DNA of 19,374 bases. Origin: a virus (lineage: Duplodnaviria; Heunggongvirae; Uroviricota; Caudoviricetes). Of this stretch, positions 1 to 9,917 are shown one piece after another. The notes below the pieces were generated by a model, which saw only the letters and a program-made list of their open reading frames with translations, made no database searches and was not told the DNA's origin. The position numbers and the translations under genes are program-made. Each line of letters begins with the position of its first letter. The stretch's first letter is position 1. Where the stretch lies: the IMG/VR virus record IMGVR_UViG_2690316142_000006; one strand, given 5' to 3'.

Positions 1-372
1 GAAGGAGTGTCCGTTAAACTCAGGCTACCTCAGTCTGCTGATTTGAGTCGCTACAGTGGCACGGTGGTTAACCGTCCGACGTTTTTTGCTTTTGCAAAAG
101 GCGCGGGTGTGATGGGGGAAGCGGGACCTGAAGCCATTCTGCCACTGCGTCGCGGTGCTGATGGTAAGCTGGGGGGTGTGGCGGATACTGGTGGTTCAGG
201 CATGGTGATGTTTGCCCCGCAGTACAACATTGAGATCAATAACGATGGCACGAACGGGCAGATAGGTCCGGCTGCCCTGAAGGTGGTTTATGACCTCGGG
301 AAAAAAGCGGCCGCGGACTTTATGCAACAGCAGGCCCGTGATGGTGGCCGGTTAAGTGGAGCATACCGGTAA
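1..372 (+). CDS. H: Tail tape measure protein, C-terminal end (gpH-like); gene continues upstream of the window
   Basis: Frame is open from base 1 to TAA at 370-372. The stop overlaps the ATG of the M homologue, matching lambda order H-M-L-K-I-J. Gly-rich C-terminus. Confidence 0.7.
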   Translation, partial: EGVSVKLRLPQSADLSRYSGTVVNRPTFFAFAKGAGVMGEAGPEAILPLRRGADGKLGGVADTGGSGMVMFAPQYNIEINNDGTNGQIGPAALKVVYDLGKKAAADFMQQQARDGGRLSGAYR

Positions 373-701
373 TGGAGACGTTTCACTGGAAAGTGCGCCC
401 GGATATGAATGTGGTATCAGAGCCGAAAGTGGTGACAGTGAAGCTGGGCGATGGTTATGAACAGCGTCGTGCGGCGGGACTGAATAACCAGTTGTCGACT
501 TACAGCGTGAAGATACGTGTTCGTAAAGGTGAACACCCATTTTTAAAAGCCTTTCTGGAACGGCACGGTGGCGTCCGCGCATTTCAGTGGACGCCACCTT
601 ATGACTGGAAGCCGATCAGGGTGGTTTGTCGTAAATGGTCGGCAAGCGTGGGGGCGTTGTGGGTAACCATAACGGCAGATTTTGAACAGGTCGTGGCATA
701 G
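372..701 (+). CDS. M: Minor tail protein M (lambda gpM family)
   Basis: 109-aa ORF beginning METFHWKVRPDMNVVSEPKVV, recognised as lambda gpM-like. Start overlaps the H stop and the gene sits directly before the L homologue. Confidence 0.88.
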   Translation: METFHWKVRPDMNVVSEPKVVTVKLGDGYEQRRAAGLNNQLSTYSVKIRVRKGEHPFLKAFLERHGGVRAFQWTPPYDWKPIRVVCRKWSASVGALWVTITADFEQVVA

Positions 702-710
702 GAGGCTCTG

Positions 711-1409
711 ATGCAGGATATTCCACAGGAAACACATCATGAGACGACACGCCTCACTCAGTCAGCCCAGGTGGTGCTCTGGGAAATCGATCTGACAGAG
801 GTCGGTGGTGAACGTTATTTTTTCTGTAATGAGCAGAACGAAAAAGGTGAGCCGGTTACCTGGCAGGGGCGGCAGTATCAGGCATACCCCATTCAGGGGA
901 CGGGATTTGAACTGAACGGCAAGGGCAGTGCTGCCCGTCCGACACTGACGGTTTCTAACCTGCACGGAATGGTCACCGGGATGGCGGAAGACCTGCAGAG
1001 TCTGGTCGGCGGAACGGTGGTCAGGCGTAAGGTTTACGCCCGTTTTCTGGATGCGGTGAACTTCGTCAACGGAAACAGCGACGCCGATCCGGAACAGGAG
1101 GTGATCAGCCGCTGGCGCATCGAGCAGTGCAGCGAACTGAGCGCGGTCAGTGCCTCTTTTGTGCTGGCCACACCAACGGAGACGGATGGCGCGGTTTTCC
1201 CGGGGCGTATCATGCTGGCGAATACCTGTATGTGGACTTACCGTTCTGATGAGTGTGGTTACACGGGCAGGGCAGTGGCTGACGAGTTCGACAAACCAAC
1301 GACGGATATCCGGAAGGACAAATGCAGCAAGTGTATGCGCGGGTGTGAGTTGCGCAACAATACCGGTAATTTCGGCGGTTTCCTTTCCATCAATAAACTT
1401 TCTCAGTAA
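711..1409 (+). CDS. L: Minor tail protein L (lambda gpL family)
   Basis: 232-aa ORF with Cys-rich C-terminus (CSKCMRGCELRNNTGNFGGFLSINKLSQ) typical of gpL. Lies between the M and K homologues. Confidence 0.9.
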   Translation: MQDIPQETHHETTRLTQSAQVVLWEIDLTEVGGERYFFCNEQNEKGEPVTWQGRQYQAYPIQGTGFELNGKGSAARPTLTVSNLHGMVTGMAEDLQSLVGGTVVRRKVYARFLDAVNFVNGNSDADPEQEVISRWRIEQCSELSAVSASFVLATPTETDGAVFPGRIMLANTCMWTYRSDECGYTGRAVADEFDKPTTDIRKDKCSKCMRGCELRNNTGNFGGFLSINKLSQ

Positions 1410-1413
1410 ATCC

Positions 1414-2157
1414 ATGACACAGACAGAATCAGCGATTCTGGCGCACGCCCGGCGATGTGCGCCAGCGGAGTCGTGTGGCTTCGTGGTAAGAACGCCGGAG
1501 GGAGACAGGTATCTTCCCAGCGAGAATATCTCCGGTGAGCCGGAGGAACGGTTCCGGATGGCTCCGGAGGACTGGCTGCGGGCACAAATGCAGGGTGAGA
1601 TTGTGGCGCTGGTCCACAGTCATCCCGGTGGTCTGCCCTGGCTGAGTGAGGCTGACCGGCGGCTGCAGGTGCAGAGTGATTTGCCGTGGTGGCTGGTCTG
1701 CCGGGGGGCGATTCACAAGTTCCGCTGTGTGCCGCATCTCACCGGGCGGCGCTTTGAGCACGGGGTGACGGACTGTTACACGCTGTTCCGGGATGCTTAT
1801 CATCTGGCAGGGATTGAGATGCCGGATTTTCATCGCGGGGATGACTGGTGGCGTAACGGTCAGAATCTCTATCTTGACAATATGGAGGTGACGGGTTTTT
1901 ACCGTGTCGCACTGACAGAGGCACAGCCGGGCGATGTGCTGCTGTGCTGTTTTGGTTCATCGGTGCCGAATCATGCCGCCATTTACTGTGGTGACGGCGA
2001 GCTGCTGCACCATATTCCTGAACAACTGAGCAAACGAGAGAGGTATACCGACAAATGGCAGCGACGCACACACTCCCTCTGGCGTCACCGGGCATGGCGC
2101 GCATCTGCCTTTACGGGGATTTACAACGATTTGGTCGCCGCATCGACCTTCGTGTGA
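1414..2157 (+). CDS. K: Tail assembly protein K (MPN/JAMM plus NlpC/P60 motifs)
   Basis: Start chosen at the ATG (MTQTESAILAHARRC) 4 nt after the L stop; the track ORF from 1150 is an in-frame upstream extension inside L. JAMM-like motif HSHPGGLPWLSEAD (HxHx7SxxD); Cys (DCYTLF) and His (LLHHIP) as in NlpC/P60 peptidases. Confidence 0.85.
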   Translation: MTQTESAILAHARRCAPAESCGFVVRTPEGDRYLPSENISGEPEERFRMAPEDWLRAQMQGEIVALVHSHPGGLPWLSEADRRLQVQSDLPWWLVCRGAIHKFRCVPHLTGRRFEHGVTDCYTLFRDAYHLAGIEMPDFHRGDDWWRNGQNLYLDNMEVTGFYRVALTEAQPGDVLLCCFGSSVPNHAAIYCGDGELLHHIPEQLSKRERYTDKWQRRTHSLWRHRAWRASAFTGIYNDLVAASTFV

Positions 2158-2696
2158 AAACGGGGGCTGAAGCCATCCGGGCACTGGCCACACAGCTCCC
2201 GGCGTTTCGTCAGAAACTGAGTGACGGCTGGTATCAGGTGCGCATTGCCGGGCGTGATGCAGGTGAAACCGAATTGTCTGCCCGTCTTAATGAGCCGCTG
2301 GCAAATGGTGCAGTGATCCACATAGTACCGCGTCTGGTGGGAGCTAAAAGTGGCGGTGTGTTTCAGGCGGTGCTGGGGGCGGCTGTTATGGCGGTTGCTA
2401 TATGGATGCCGGGGGTAGGAATTATGGCGAGTAATCTGCTGTTTTCTCTCGGTGCCAGTATGACGCTTGGCGGTGTTGCACAGATGCTGGCACCGAAAGC
2501 CAGAACTCCCCGTACACAGACAACGGATAACGGTAAGCAGAACACGTATTTCTCGTCACTGGATAACATGGTTGCCCAGGGCAATGTTCTGCCCGTTCTG
2601 TACGGTGAAATGCGCGTGGGGTCACGTGTGGTTTCTCAGGAGATCAGCACGGCAGACGAAGGGGATGGTGGTCAGGTTGTGGTGATTGGTCGCTGA
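2055..2696 (+). CDS. I: Tail assembly protein I (lambda gpI family)
   Basis: 213-aa ORF MAATHTLPLASPGMARICLYGDLQRF with hydrophobic Gly/Ala-rich central segment. Overlaps the 3' end of K. An alternative start at 2094 (MARICLY) is possible. Confidence 0.85.
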   Translation: MAATHTLPLASPGMARICLYGDLQRFGRRIDLRVKTGAEAIRALATQLPAFRQKLSDGWYQVRIAGRDAGETELSARLNEPLANGAVIHIVPRLVGAKSGGVFQAVLGAAVMAVAIWMPGVGIMASNLLFSLGASMTLGGVAQMLAPKARTPRTQTTDNGKQNTYFSSLDNMVAQGNVLPVLYGEMRVGSRVVSQEISTADEGDGGQVVVIGR

Positions 2697-2714
2697 TGCA
2701 AAATGTTTTATGTG

Positions 2715-2738
2715 AAACCGCCTGCGGGCGGTTTTGTC
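2715..2738 (+). terminator. Short GC hairpin plus T-run in the I-J intergenic spacer (possible weak terminator or attenuator)
   Basis: aaaccgcc-tgcg-ggcggttt followed by tg/tcgttt. GAGG Shine-Dalgarno at 2750-2753 precedes the J ATG at 2757. Confidence 0.3.
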
Positions 2739-2756
2739 GTTTATGGAGCGTGAGGA

Positions 2757-5700
2757 ATGGGTAAAGGCAGCAGTAAGGGGCATACCCCGCGCGAAGCGAA
2801 GGACAACCTGAAATCCACGCAGTTGCTGAGTGTGATTGATGCCATCAGCGAAGGGCCGGTTGACGGTCCGGTGGATGGATTAAAAAGCGTGCTGCTGAAC
2901 GGTACGCCGGTCCTGGACAGCGAGGGGAAGACAAACTTTTCCGGTGTTACGGTGGTGTTCCGTGCAGGTGAGCAGGAGCAGACACCGCCGGAGGGTTTTG
3001 AATCCTCCGGCTCCGAGACGGTGCTGGGTACGGAAGTGAAATATGACACGCCGATCACCCGGACCATCACGTCGGCAAACATCGACCGTCTGCGCCTGAC
3101 CTTCGGTGTGCAGGCACTGGTGGAAACCACCTCAAAGGGTGACCGGAATCCGTCGGAAGTCCGCCTGCTGGTTCAGATACAGCGTAACGGTGGCTGGGTG
3201 ACGGAAAAAGACATCACCATTAAGGGCAAAACCACTTCGCAGTATCTGGCCTCGGTGGTGGTGGGTAACCTGCCGCCGCGCCCGTTTAATATCCGGATGC
3301 GCAGGATGACACCGGACAGCACCACAGACCAGCTGCAGAACAAAACGCTCTGGTCGTCGTACACCGAAATCATCGATGTGAAACAGTGCTACCCGAACAC
3401 GGCGCTGGTCGGCGTGCAGGTGGATTCAGAGCAGTTCGGTAACCAGCAGGTGAGTCGCAATTATCATCTTCGCGGGCGCATTCTGCAGGTGCCGTCGAAC
3501 TATAATCCGCAGACGCGGCAATACAGCGGTATCTGGGACGGAACGCTTAAGCCAGCATACAGCAACAACATGGCCTGGTGTCTGTGGGACATGCTCACTC
3601 ATCCGCGCTACGGCATGGGGAAACGTCTTGGTGCGGCAGATGTGGACAAATGGGCGCTGTATGTCATCGGCCAGTACTGCGACCAGTCAGTGACGGACGG
3701 ATTTGGCGGCACGGAGCCGCGCATCACCTGTAACTCTTACCTGACCACACAGCGTAAGGCGTGGGATGTTCTCAGTGATTTCTGCTCGGCGATGCGCTGT
3801 ATGCCGGTATGGAACGGACAGATGCTGACGTTCGTGCAGGACCGACCGTCGGATAAGGTGTGGACCTATAACCGCAGTAATGTGGTGATGCCGGACGATG
3901 GCGCGCCGTTCCGCTACAGCTTCAGCGCCCTGAAGGACCGCCATAATGCCGTTGAGGTGAACTGGATTGACCCAGATAACGGCTGGGAGACGGCGACAGA
4001 GCTTGTGGAGGATACGCAGGCCATTGTCCGTTACGGTCGTAACGTCACGAAGATGGATGCCTTTGGCTGTACCAGCCGGGGGCAGGCACACCGAGCCGGG
4101 CTGTGGCTGATTAAAACGGAACTGCTGGAAACGCAGACCGTGGACTTCAGCGTGGGCGCAGAAGGGCTTCGCCATGTACCGGGTGATGTCATTGAAATCT
4201 GCGATGATGATTATGCCGGTATCAGCACCGGTGGTCGCGTACTGGCGGTGAACAGCCAGACCCGGACGCTGACGCTCGACCGTGAAATCACGCTGCCGTC
4301 CTCCGGTACCACGCTGATAAGCCTGGTTGACGGAAGTGGCAATCCGGTCAGCGTGGAGGTCCAGTCCGTCACCGACGGCGTGAAGGTGAAAGTGAGCCGG
4401 GTTCCTGACGGCGTTGCAGAATACAGCGTGTGGGGGCTGAAGCTGCCGACGCTGCACCAGCGATTGTTCCGCTGCGTGAGTATCCGTGAGAACGACGACG
4501 GCACGTATGCCATCACCGCCGTGCAGCATGTGCCGGAAAAAGAGGCCATCGTGGATAACGGGGCACACTTTGACGGTGACCGGCGCGGCACGGTGAATGG
4601 TGTCACGCCGCCAGCGGTGCAGCACCTGACTGCCGAAGTCACCGCAGACAGCGGGGAATATCAGGTGCTGGCGCGATGGGACACGCCGAAGGTGGTGAAG
4701 GGTGTGAGCTTCCTGCTTCGCCTGACCGTGGCAGCGGACGACGGCAGTGAGCGGCTGGTCAGCACAGCCAGGACGACGGAAACCACATACCGCTTCAGGC
4801 AGCTGGCGCTGGGGAATTACAGTCTGACAGTCCGGGCGGTAAATGCCCGGGGGCAGCAGGGCGATCCGGCGTCGGTATCGTTCCGGATTGCGGCACCGGC
4901 AGCGCCTGTCACTATTGAACTGATACCGGGGTATTTTCAGATAACGGCGGTCCCGAAACTGGCTGTATATGACCCGACGGTGCAGTTTGAGTTCTGGTTT
5001 TCGGAAAAGCGGATTGCGGATATCAGGCAGGTTGAAACCAGCGCCCGCTATCTTGGCACGGCGCTGTACTGGATAGCCGCCAGTATCAATATCAGGCCGG
5101 GCCATGATTATTATTTTTACGTTCGCAGTGTGAACACCGTTGGCAAATCGGCATTTGTGGAGGCCATCGGTCGGGCGAGCGATGATGCAGAAGGTTATCT
5201 GAATTTTTATAAAGGGTTGATCAATAAAACGCATCTCGGCAAGGAGTTGTGGACGCAGATTGATAACGGTCAGCTTGCGCCGGACCTGACTGAAATCAGG
5301 ACGTCCATTACGAATGTCAGCAATGAAATCACGCTGCCATCCTCCGGCACCACGCTGATAAGCCTGGTTGACGGGCAGGGGAATCCGGTCAGCGTGGAGG
5401 TCCAGTCCGTCACCGACGGCGTGAAGGTAAAAGTGAGCCGTGTTCCTGACGGTGTTGCTGAATACAGCGTGTGGGGGCTGAAGCTGCCGACGCTGCACCA
5501 GCGATTGTTCCGCTGCGTGAGTATCCGTGAGAACGACGACGGCACGTATGCCATCACCGCCGTGCAGCATGTGCCGGAAAAAGAAGCCATCGTGGATAAC
5601 GGGGCGCACTTTGACGGCGACCAGAGCGGCACGGTGAATGGTGTCACGCCGCCAGCGGTGCAGCACCTGACTGCCGAAGTCACCGCAGACAGCGGGGAAT

Positions 5701-7295
5701 ATCAGGTGCTGGCGCGCTGGGACACGCCGAAGGTGGTGAAGGGCGTGAGCTTCCTGCTCCGTCTGACCGTAACAGCGGATGACGGCAGTGAGCGGCTGGT
5801 CAGCACGGCCCGGACGACGGAAACCACTTACCGCTTCACACAACTGGCGCTGGGGAACTACAGGCTGACAGTCCGGGCAGTAAATGCGTGGGGGCAGCAG
5901 GGCGATCCGGCGTCGGTATCGTTCCGGATTGCCGCACCGGCAGCGCTGTCGCGGATTGAGCTGACGCCGGGCTATTTTCAGATAACCGCCACGCCGCATC
6001 TTGCGGTTTATGATCCGACGGTACAGTTTGAGTTCTGGTTCTCGGAAAAGCGGATTGCGGATATCAGGCAGGTTGAAACCACAGCACGCTATCTTGGCAC
6101 GGCGCTGTACTGGATAGCCGCCAGTATCAATATCAAACCGGGCCATGATTATTACTTTTATATCCGCAGTGTGAACACCGTTGGCAAATCGGCATTCGTG
6201 GAGGCTGTTGGTCAGCCGAGTGATGATGCATCCGGTTATCTGGATTTTTTCAAAGGCGAGATAGGGAAAACCCATCTGGCTCAGGAGCTGTGGACGCAGA
6301 TTGATAACGGTCAGCTTGCGCCTGACCTGGCTGAAATCAGGACGTCCATTACGGATGTCAGCAATGAAATCACGCAGACCGTCAATAAGAAACTGGAAGA
6401 CCAGAGTGCGGCAATTCAGCAGATACAGAAGGTTCAGGTTGATACAAATAATAACCTGAACAGCATGTGGGCTGTGAAGCTGCAGCAGATGCAGGACGGA
6501 CGCCTTTATATCGCGGGTATTGGTGCCGGTATTGAGAACACCCCTGACGGCATGCAGAGTCAGGTGCTGCTGGCGGCGGACAGGATTGCGATGGTTAATC
6601 CTGCGAATGGCAACACAAAACCGATGTTTGTTGGTCAGGGCGATCAGATATTCATGAACGACGTGTTCCTGAAACGCCTGACGGCCCCCACCATTACCAG
6701 CGGTGGAAATCCATCGGCATTTTCCCTGACTCCGGACGGAAAGCTGACCGCTAAAAATGCGGATATCAGTGGCAGTGTGAATGCGAACGCCGGGACGCTC
6801 AACAATGTCACGGTAAATGAAAACTGTACGATTAAGGGCATGCTGGAGGCGACTCAGGTCAGAGGTGACTTCGTTAAAGCTGTATCCAAATCATTTCCGA
6901 AACAGGCTGGTACGTGGGGTAACACGGAAACACCAAACGGGACGGTTACAGTCACCATAAGCGATGATCATAACTTTGACCGCCAGATTATTATTCCGCC
7001 CATTATTTTTAACGGTATAGCGTATGACGATCCGGGGAGCGGAAATAACCCAGGAGGCACGCGATACACGGGTTATGGTTTTGAAGTTCGCAAAAACGGC
7101 GTATTAATCGCATCCAGAGAAACTAAAGGTGCCATTCCCGGTAGTTACAGTGCAGTTATTGATATGCCTAGTGGTGGTGGTAGCGTCACTCTGGAGTTTA
7201 AGATTTTCCAGAAAGGCAATCAGGGGGCAGGCAATATCACCGACTGTACGGTGATTGTGACCAAAAAAGCGGCTTCCGGCATCAGTATTCGTTGA
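2757..7295 (+). CDS. J: Tail tip / central tail fibre host-specificity protein J, 1512 aa, with an internal in-frame duplication
   Basis: N-terminus [34 protein letters not shown] matches lambda J as I recall it. Conserved J motifs throughout (e.g. [21 protein letters not shown]). About 347 aa longer than a lambda-type J because of the tandem duplication at 4284-6365. Confidence 0.9.
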   Translation: MGKGSSKGHTPREAKDNLKSTQLLSVIDAISEGPVDGPVDGLKSVLLNGTPVLDSEGKTNFSGVTVVFRAGEQEQTPPEGFESSGSETVLGTEVKYDTPITRTITSANIDRLRLTFGVQALVETTSKGDRNPSEVRLLVQIQRNGGWVTEKDITIKGKTTSQYLASVVVGNLPPRPFNIRMRRMTPDSTTDQLQNKTLWSSYTEIIDVKQCYPNTALVGVQVDSEQFGNQQVSRNYHLRGRILQVPSNYNPQTRQYSGIWDGTLKPAYSNNMAWCLWDMLTHPRYGMGKRLGAADVDKWALYVIGQYCDQSVTDGFGGTEPRITCNSYLTTQRKAWDVLSDFCSAMRCMPVWNGQMLTFVQDRPSDKVWTYNRSNVVMPDDGAPFRYSFSALKDRHNAVEVNWIDPDNGWETATELVEDTQAIVRYGRNVTKMDAFGCTSRGQAHRAGLWLIKTELLETQTVDFSVGAEGLRHVPGDVIEICDDDYAGISTGGRVLAVNSQTRTLTLDREITLPSSGTTLISLVDGSGNPVSVEVQSVTDGVKVKVSRVPDGVAEYSVWGLKLPTLHQRLFRCVSIRENDDGTYAITAVQHVPEKEAIVDNGAHFDGDRRGTVNGVTPPAVQHLTAEVTADSGEYQVLARWDTPKVVKGVSFLLRLTVAADDGSERLVSTARTTETTYRFRQLALGNYSLTVRAVNARGQQGDPASVSFRIAAPAAPVTIELIPGYFQITAVPKLAVYDPTVQFEFWFSEKRIADIRQVETSARYLGTALYWIAASINIRPGHDYYFYVRSVNTVGKSAFVEAIGRASDDAEGYLNFYKGLINKTHLGKELWTQIDNGQLAPDLTEIRTSITNVSNEITLPSSGTTLISLVDGQGNPVSVEVQSVTDGVKVKVSRVPDGVAEYSVWGLKLPTLHQRLFRCVSIRENDDGTYAITAVQHVPEKEAIVDNGAHFDGDQSGTVNGVTPPAVQHLTAEVTADSGEYQVLARWDTPKVVKGVSFLLRLTVTADDGSERLVSTARTTETTYRFTQLALGNYRLTVRAVNAWGQQGDPASVSFRIAAPAALSRIELTPGYFQITATPHLAVYDPTVQFEFWFSEKRIADIRQVETTARYLGTALYWIAASINIKPGHDYYFYIRSVNTVGKSAFVEAVGQPSDDASGYLDFFKGEIGKTHLAQELWTQIDNGQLAPDLAEIRTSITDVSNEITQTVNKKLEDQSAAIQQIQKVQVDTNNNLNSMWAVKLQQMQDGRLYIAGIGAGIENTPDGMQSQVLLAADRIAMVNPANGNTKPMFVGQGDQIFMNDVFLKRLTAPTITSGGNPSAFSLTPDGKLTAKNADISGSVNANAGTLNNVTVNENCTIKGMLEATQVRGDFVKAVSKSFPKQAGTWGNTETPNGTVTVTISDDHNFDRQIIIPPIIFNGIAYDDPGSGNNPGGTRYTGYGFEVRKNGVLIASRETKGAIPGSYSAVIDMPSGGGSVTLEFKIFQKGNQGAGNITDCTVIVTKKAASGISIR
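4284..6365 (+). repeat. Tandem direct repeat inside J: two 1041-bp units (4284-5324 and 5325-6365), about 95% identical
   Basis: Both units start with gaaatcacgcTGCC and the same 10-mer gaaatcacgc recurs at 6366. Protein block from [16 protein letters not shown] to TSIT(N/D)VSNE occurs twice. Unit length is a multiple of 3. Confidence 0.85.
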
Positions 7296-7317
7296 AATAT
7301 TTATAACCCCAATAAAT

Positions 7318-7344
7318 GGCGTCAGGAATGACGCCTTTTTTATT
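7318..7344 (+). terminator. Rho-independent terminator downstream of J
   Basis: ggcgtca-ggaa-tgacgcc followed by ttttttatt, 23 nt after the J stop. Confidence 0.6.
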
Positions 7345-7365
7345 GCAGAAAAGCGAGAGGTAATT

Positions 7366-7842
7366 ATGCGTAAAGTTTGTGCAGCCATTTTGTCCGCAGC
7401 CATTTGCCTGGCCGTATCCGGTGCGCCTGCATGGGCGTCTGAACATCAGTCCACGCTGAGCGCGGGGTATCTTCATGCCCGGACCAACGTTCCCGGCAGT
7501 GATGATCTGAACGGGATTAACGTGAAATACCGTTATGAGTTTACGGATACGCTGGGGCTGGTGACGTCATTCAGCTATGCAGGAGACAAGAATCGCCAGC
7601 TGACCCGTTACAGCGATACCCGCTGGCATGAAGATTCCGTGCGTAACCGCTGGTTCAGCGTGATGGCGGGGCCGTCTGTGCGCGTGAATGAATGGTTCAG
7701 CGCGTATGCGATGGCGGGTGTGGCTTACAGCCGTGTGTCGACTTTTTCCGGGGATTATATCCGCGTAACTGACAATAAGGGGAAAACGCACGATGTGCTG
7801 ACCGGAAGTGATGACGGTCGCCACAGCAACACGTCTCTGGCG
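7366..7842 (+). CDS. lom: Lom family outer-membrane protein (Ail/Lom/OmpX/PagC beta-barrel family), 3'-truncated at an N/junction
   Basis: Signal peptide MRKVCAAILSAAICLAVSGAPAWA, GAGAGG RBS, aromatic-rich beta-strand pattern. The reading frame runs into N at 7843 and then into J-internal sequence. Confidence 0.75.
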
Positions 7843-7843
7843 N
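7843..7843. other. Single unresolved base (N) at a junction between lom sequence and J-internal sequence
   Basis: Literal n in the sequence. Flanks are lom ...tctctggcg on the left and J-internal gcaccggcagcgcctgtcact on the right. Confidence 0.95.
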
Positions 7844-9187
7844 GCACCGGCAGCGCCTGTCACTATTGAACTGATACCGGGGTATTTTCAGATAACGGCG
7901 GTCCCGAAACTGGCTGTATATGACCCGACGGTGCAGTTTGAGTTCTGGTTTTCGGAAAAGCGGATTGCGGATATCAGGCAGGTTGAAACCACAGCACGCT
8001 ATCTTGGCACGGCGCTGTACTGGATAGCCGCCAGTATCAATATCAGGCCGGGCCATGATTATTATTTTTACGTTCGCAGTGTGAACACCGTTGGCAAATC
8101 GGCATTTGTGGAGGCCATCGGTCGGGCGAGCGATGATGCAGAAGGTTATCTGAATTTTTATAAAGGGTTGATCAATAAAACGCATCTCGGCAAGGAGTTG
8201 TGGACGCAGATTGATAACGGTCAGCTTGCGCCGGACCTGACTGAAATCAGGACGTCCATTACGAATGTCAGCAATGAAATCACGCAAACCGTCAATAAAA
8301 AACTGGAAAATCAGAGTGCTGCAATCCAGCAGATACAGAAAGTTCAGGTTGATACAAATAATAACCTGAACAGCATGTGGGCTGTGAAGCTGCAACAGAT
8401 GAAGGACGGACGCCTTTATATTGCGGGTATCGGTGCCGGTATTGAGAATACGCCAGCAGGAATGCAGAGTCAGGTGCTGCTGGCGGCAGACAGGATTGCG
8501 ATGATTAATCCTGCGAATGGCAACACAAAGCCGATGTTTGTTGGTCAGGGCGATCAGATATTCATGAACGACGTGTTCCTGAAATGCCTGACGGCTCCGA
8601 CCATTACCAGCGGCGGTAATCCTCCGGCATTTTCCCTGACACCTGGCGGACGGCTGACGGCGAAAAATGCCGATATCAGCGGTAACGTGAACGCGAACTC
8701 CGGGACGCTCAACAACGTCACGATTAATAAGAACTGTCGGGTTCTGGGAAAATTGTCCGCGAACCAGATTGAAGGCGATCTCGTTAAAACAGTGGGCAAA
8801 CCTTTCCCACGGGACTCCCGGGCACCGGAGAGGTGGCCATCAGGGACCATTACCGTCAGGGTTTATGACGATCAGCCGTTTGATCGGCAAATTGTTATTC
8901 CCGCGGTGGCGTTTCGCGGTGCTAAACATGAGCGGAAGAATAACAATATTTATTCGTCATGCCGCCTGATAGTGAAGAAAAACGGTGCTGAAATTTATAA
9001 CCGAACGACCCTGGATAATACGCTGATATATACGGGTGTTATTGATATGCCTGCCGGTCACGGTCACATGACGCTGGAGTTTTCTGTATCGGCATGGCTG
9101 GTAAATGGCTGGTATCCCACAGCAAGTATCAGCGATTTGCTGGTTGTGGTGATGAAGAAAGCCACTGCAGGCATCACGATTAGCTGA
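7844..9187 (+). CDS. J: J protein 3' fragment (second copy, no 5' part) with a different C-terminal receptor-binding region
   Basis: Starts mid-gene at sequence equivalent to J position 4893. A mosaic of unit-1-like and unit-2-like sequence. The C-terminal ~150 aa (...[35 protein letters not shown]...[10 protein letters not shown]) differs from the copy at 6840-7295. Confidence 0.8.
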   Translation, partial: APAAPVTIELIPGYFQITAVPKLAVYDPTVQFEFWFSEKRIADIRQVETTARYLGTALYWIAASINIRPGHDYYFYVRSVNTVGKSAFVEAIGRASDDAEGYLNFYKGLINKTHLGKELWTQIDNGQLAPDLTEIRTSITNVSNEITQTVNKKLENQSAAIQQIQKVQVDTNNNLNSMWAVKLQQMKDGRLYIAGIGAGIENTPAGMQSQVLLAADRIAMINPANGNTKPMFVGQGDQIFMNDVFLKCLTAPTITSGGNPPAFSLTPGGRLTAKNADISGNVNANSGTLNNVTINKNCRVLGKLSANQIEGDLVKTVGKPFPRDSRAPERWPSGTITVRVYDDQPFDRQIVIPAVAFRGAKHERKNNNIYSSCRLIVKKNGAEIYNRTTLDNTLIYTGVIDMPAGHGHMTLEFSVSAWLVNGWYPTASISDLLVVVMKKATAGITIS

Positions 9188-9206
9188 ATTTTATAACCCA
9201 GATACG

Positions 9207-9233
9207 GGCACCAGAAATGGTGCCTTTTTTATT
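9207..9233 (+). terminator. Rho-independent terminator downstream of the J fragment
   Basis: ggcacc-agaaat-ggtgcc followed by ttttttatt. Confidence 0.55.
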
Positions 9234-9254
9234 GCAGAAAAGCGAGAGGTAATT

Positions 9255-9854
9255 ATGCGTAAAGTTTGTGCAGCCATTTTGTCCGCAGCCATTTGCCTGG
9301 CCGTATCCGGTGCGCCTGCATGGGCGTCTGAACATCAGTCCACGCTGAGCGCCGGGTATCTTCAGACCCATACTGATATGCCAGGCAGCGATGACCTGAA
9401 GGGCATTAACGTGAAATACCGTTATGAGTTTACGGACACGCTGGGGCTGATTACGTCATTCAGTTATGCCAACGCTGAAGATGAGCAAAAAACGCATTAC
9501 AGCGATACCCGCTGGCATGAGGATTCCGTGCGTAACCGCTGGTTCAGCGTGATGGCGGGGCCGTCTGTGCGCGTGAATGAATGGTTCAGCGCGTATGCGA
9601 TGGCGGGCGTGGCTTACAGCCGTGTGTCGACCTTCTCCGGGGATTATCTCCGCGTAACTGACAACAAGGGGAAAACGCACGATGTGCTGACCGGAAGTGA
9701 TGGCGGTCGCCACAGCAACACGTCTCTGGCGTGGGGGGCTGGCGTGCAGTTTAACCCGACCGAATCCGTGGCCATTGACCTTGCTTATGAAGGTTCCGGC
9801 AGTGGTGACTGGCGCACTGACGGTTTCATCGTGGGTGTCGGTTATAAGTTCTGA
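9255..9854 (+). CDS. lom: Lom family outer-membrane protein, intact (199 aa)
   Basis: Complete ORF with signal peptide and C-terminal ...GFIVGVGYKF ending in the terminal aromatic typical of beta-barrel outer-membrane proteins. Same upstream RBS context as the other copies. Confidence 0.9.
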   Translation: MRKVCAAILSAAICLAVSGAPAWASEHQSTLSAGYLQTHTDMPGSDDLKGINVKYRYEFTDTLGLITSFSYANAEDEQKTHYSDTRWHEDSVRNRWFSVMAGPSVRVNEWFSAYAMAGVAYSRVSTFSGDYLRVTDNKGKTHDVLTGSDGGRHSNTSLAWGAGVQFNPTESVAIDLAYEGSGSGDWRTDGFIVGVGYKF

Positions 9855-9882
9855 TTAGCCAGGTAACACAGTGTTATGACTG

Positions 9883-9906
9883 CCCGCTGGTTCAGGCGGG
9901 CTTTTT
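9883..9906 (+). terminator. Rho-independent terminator downstream of lom
   Basis: gcccgc-tggttca-gcgggc followed by ttttt, immediately upstream of the stf start. Confidence 0.6.
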
Positions 9907-9917
9907 GTGGGGTGAAT

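Larger units (their letters stand above)
5382..7842 (+). repeat. 2461-bp segment repeated at 12361-14821 (J 3' half, terminator, lom 5' part)
   Basis: Spot checks at the start, the J stop and terminator, and the lom end are identical at a fixed offset of 6979 bp; translated J portions in the ORF track are identical. Both copies are bounded by N runs or breakpoints. Confidence 0.8.

Noticed and set aside
1150-1413. Upstream in-frame extension of K (track ORF 1150-2157) overlapping L
   Set aside because: The extension lies entirely within L in another frame. The ATG at 1414, directly after the L stop, gives a K-like N-terminus.
3687-6275. 862-aa minus-strand ORF antisense to J; the same antisense frame gives the track ORFs 12310-13254 and 7697-8395
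   Set aside because: It is codon-aligned antisense to J (its codons occupy the same triplets as J's). Stops in that frame require the sense codons TTA, CTA or TCA, which are rare in these genes. The protein is Arg/Pro/Cys-rich low-complexity with no start or RBS context. This is a codon-bias artefact, not a gene.
4284-6365. Possible CRISPR array or other short-repeat array
   Set aside because: There are only two long (1041-bp) protein-coding repeat units, with no short repeat-spacer periodicity. No CRISPR-like structure occurs anywhere in the window.
7366-7869. Track ORF continuing lom through the N into J-derived sequence (…NTSLAXTGSACHY)
   Set aside because: The tail after 7842 is J-internal sequence read out of frame past an unresolved base. 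It is a junction artefact, not a lom C-terminus.
9876-9917. Upstream start for the stf fragment (MTARWFRRAFCGVN...)
   Set aside because: These codons are the lom terminator hairpin gcccgctggttcaggcgggcttttt read in frame. The conserved Stf N-terminus MAVKISG begins at 9918.
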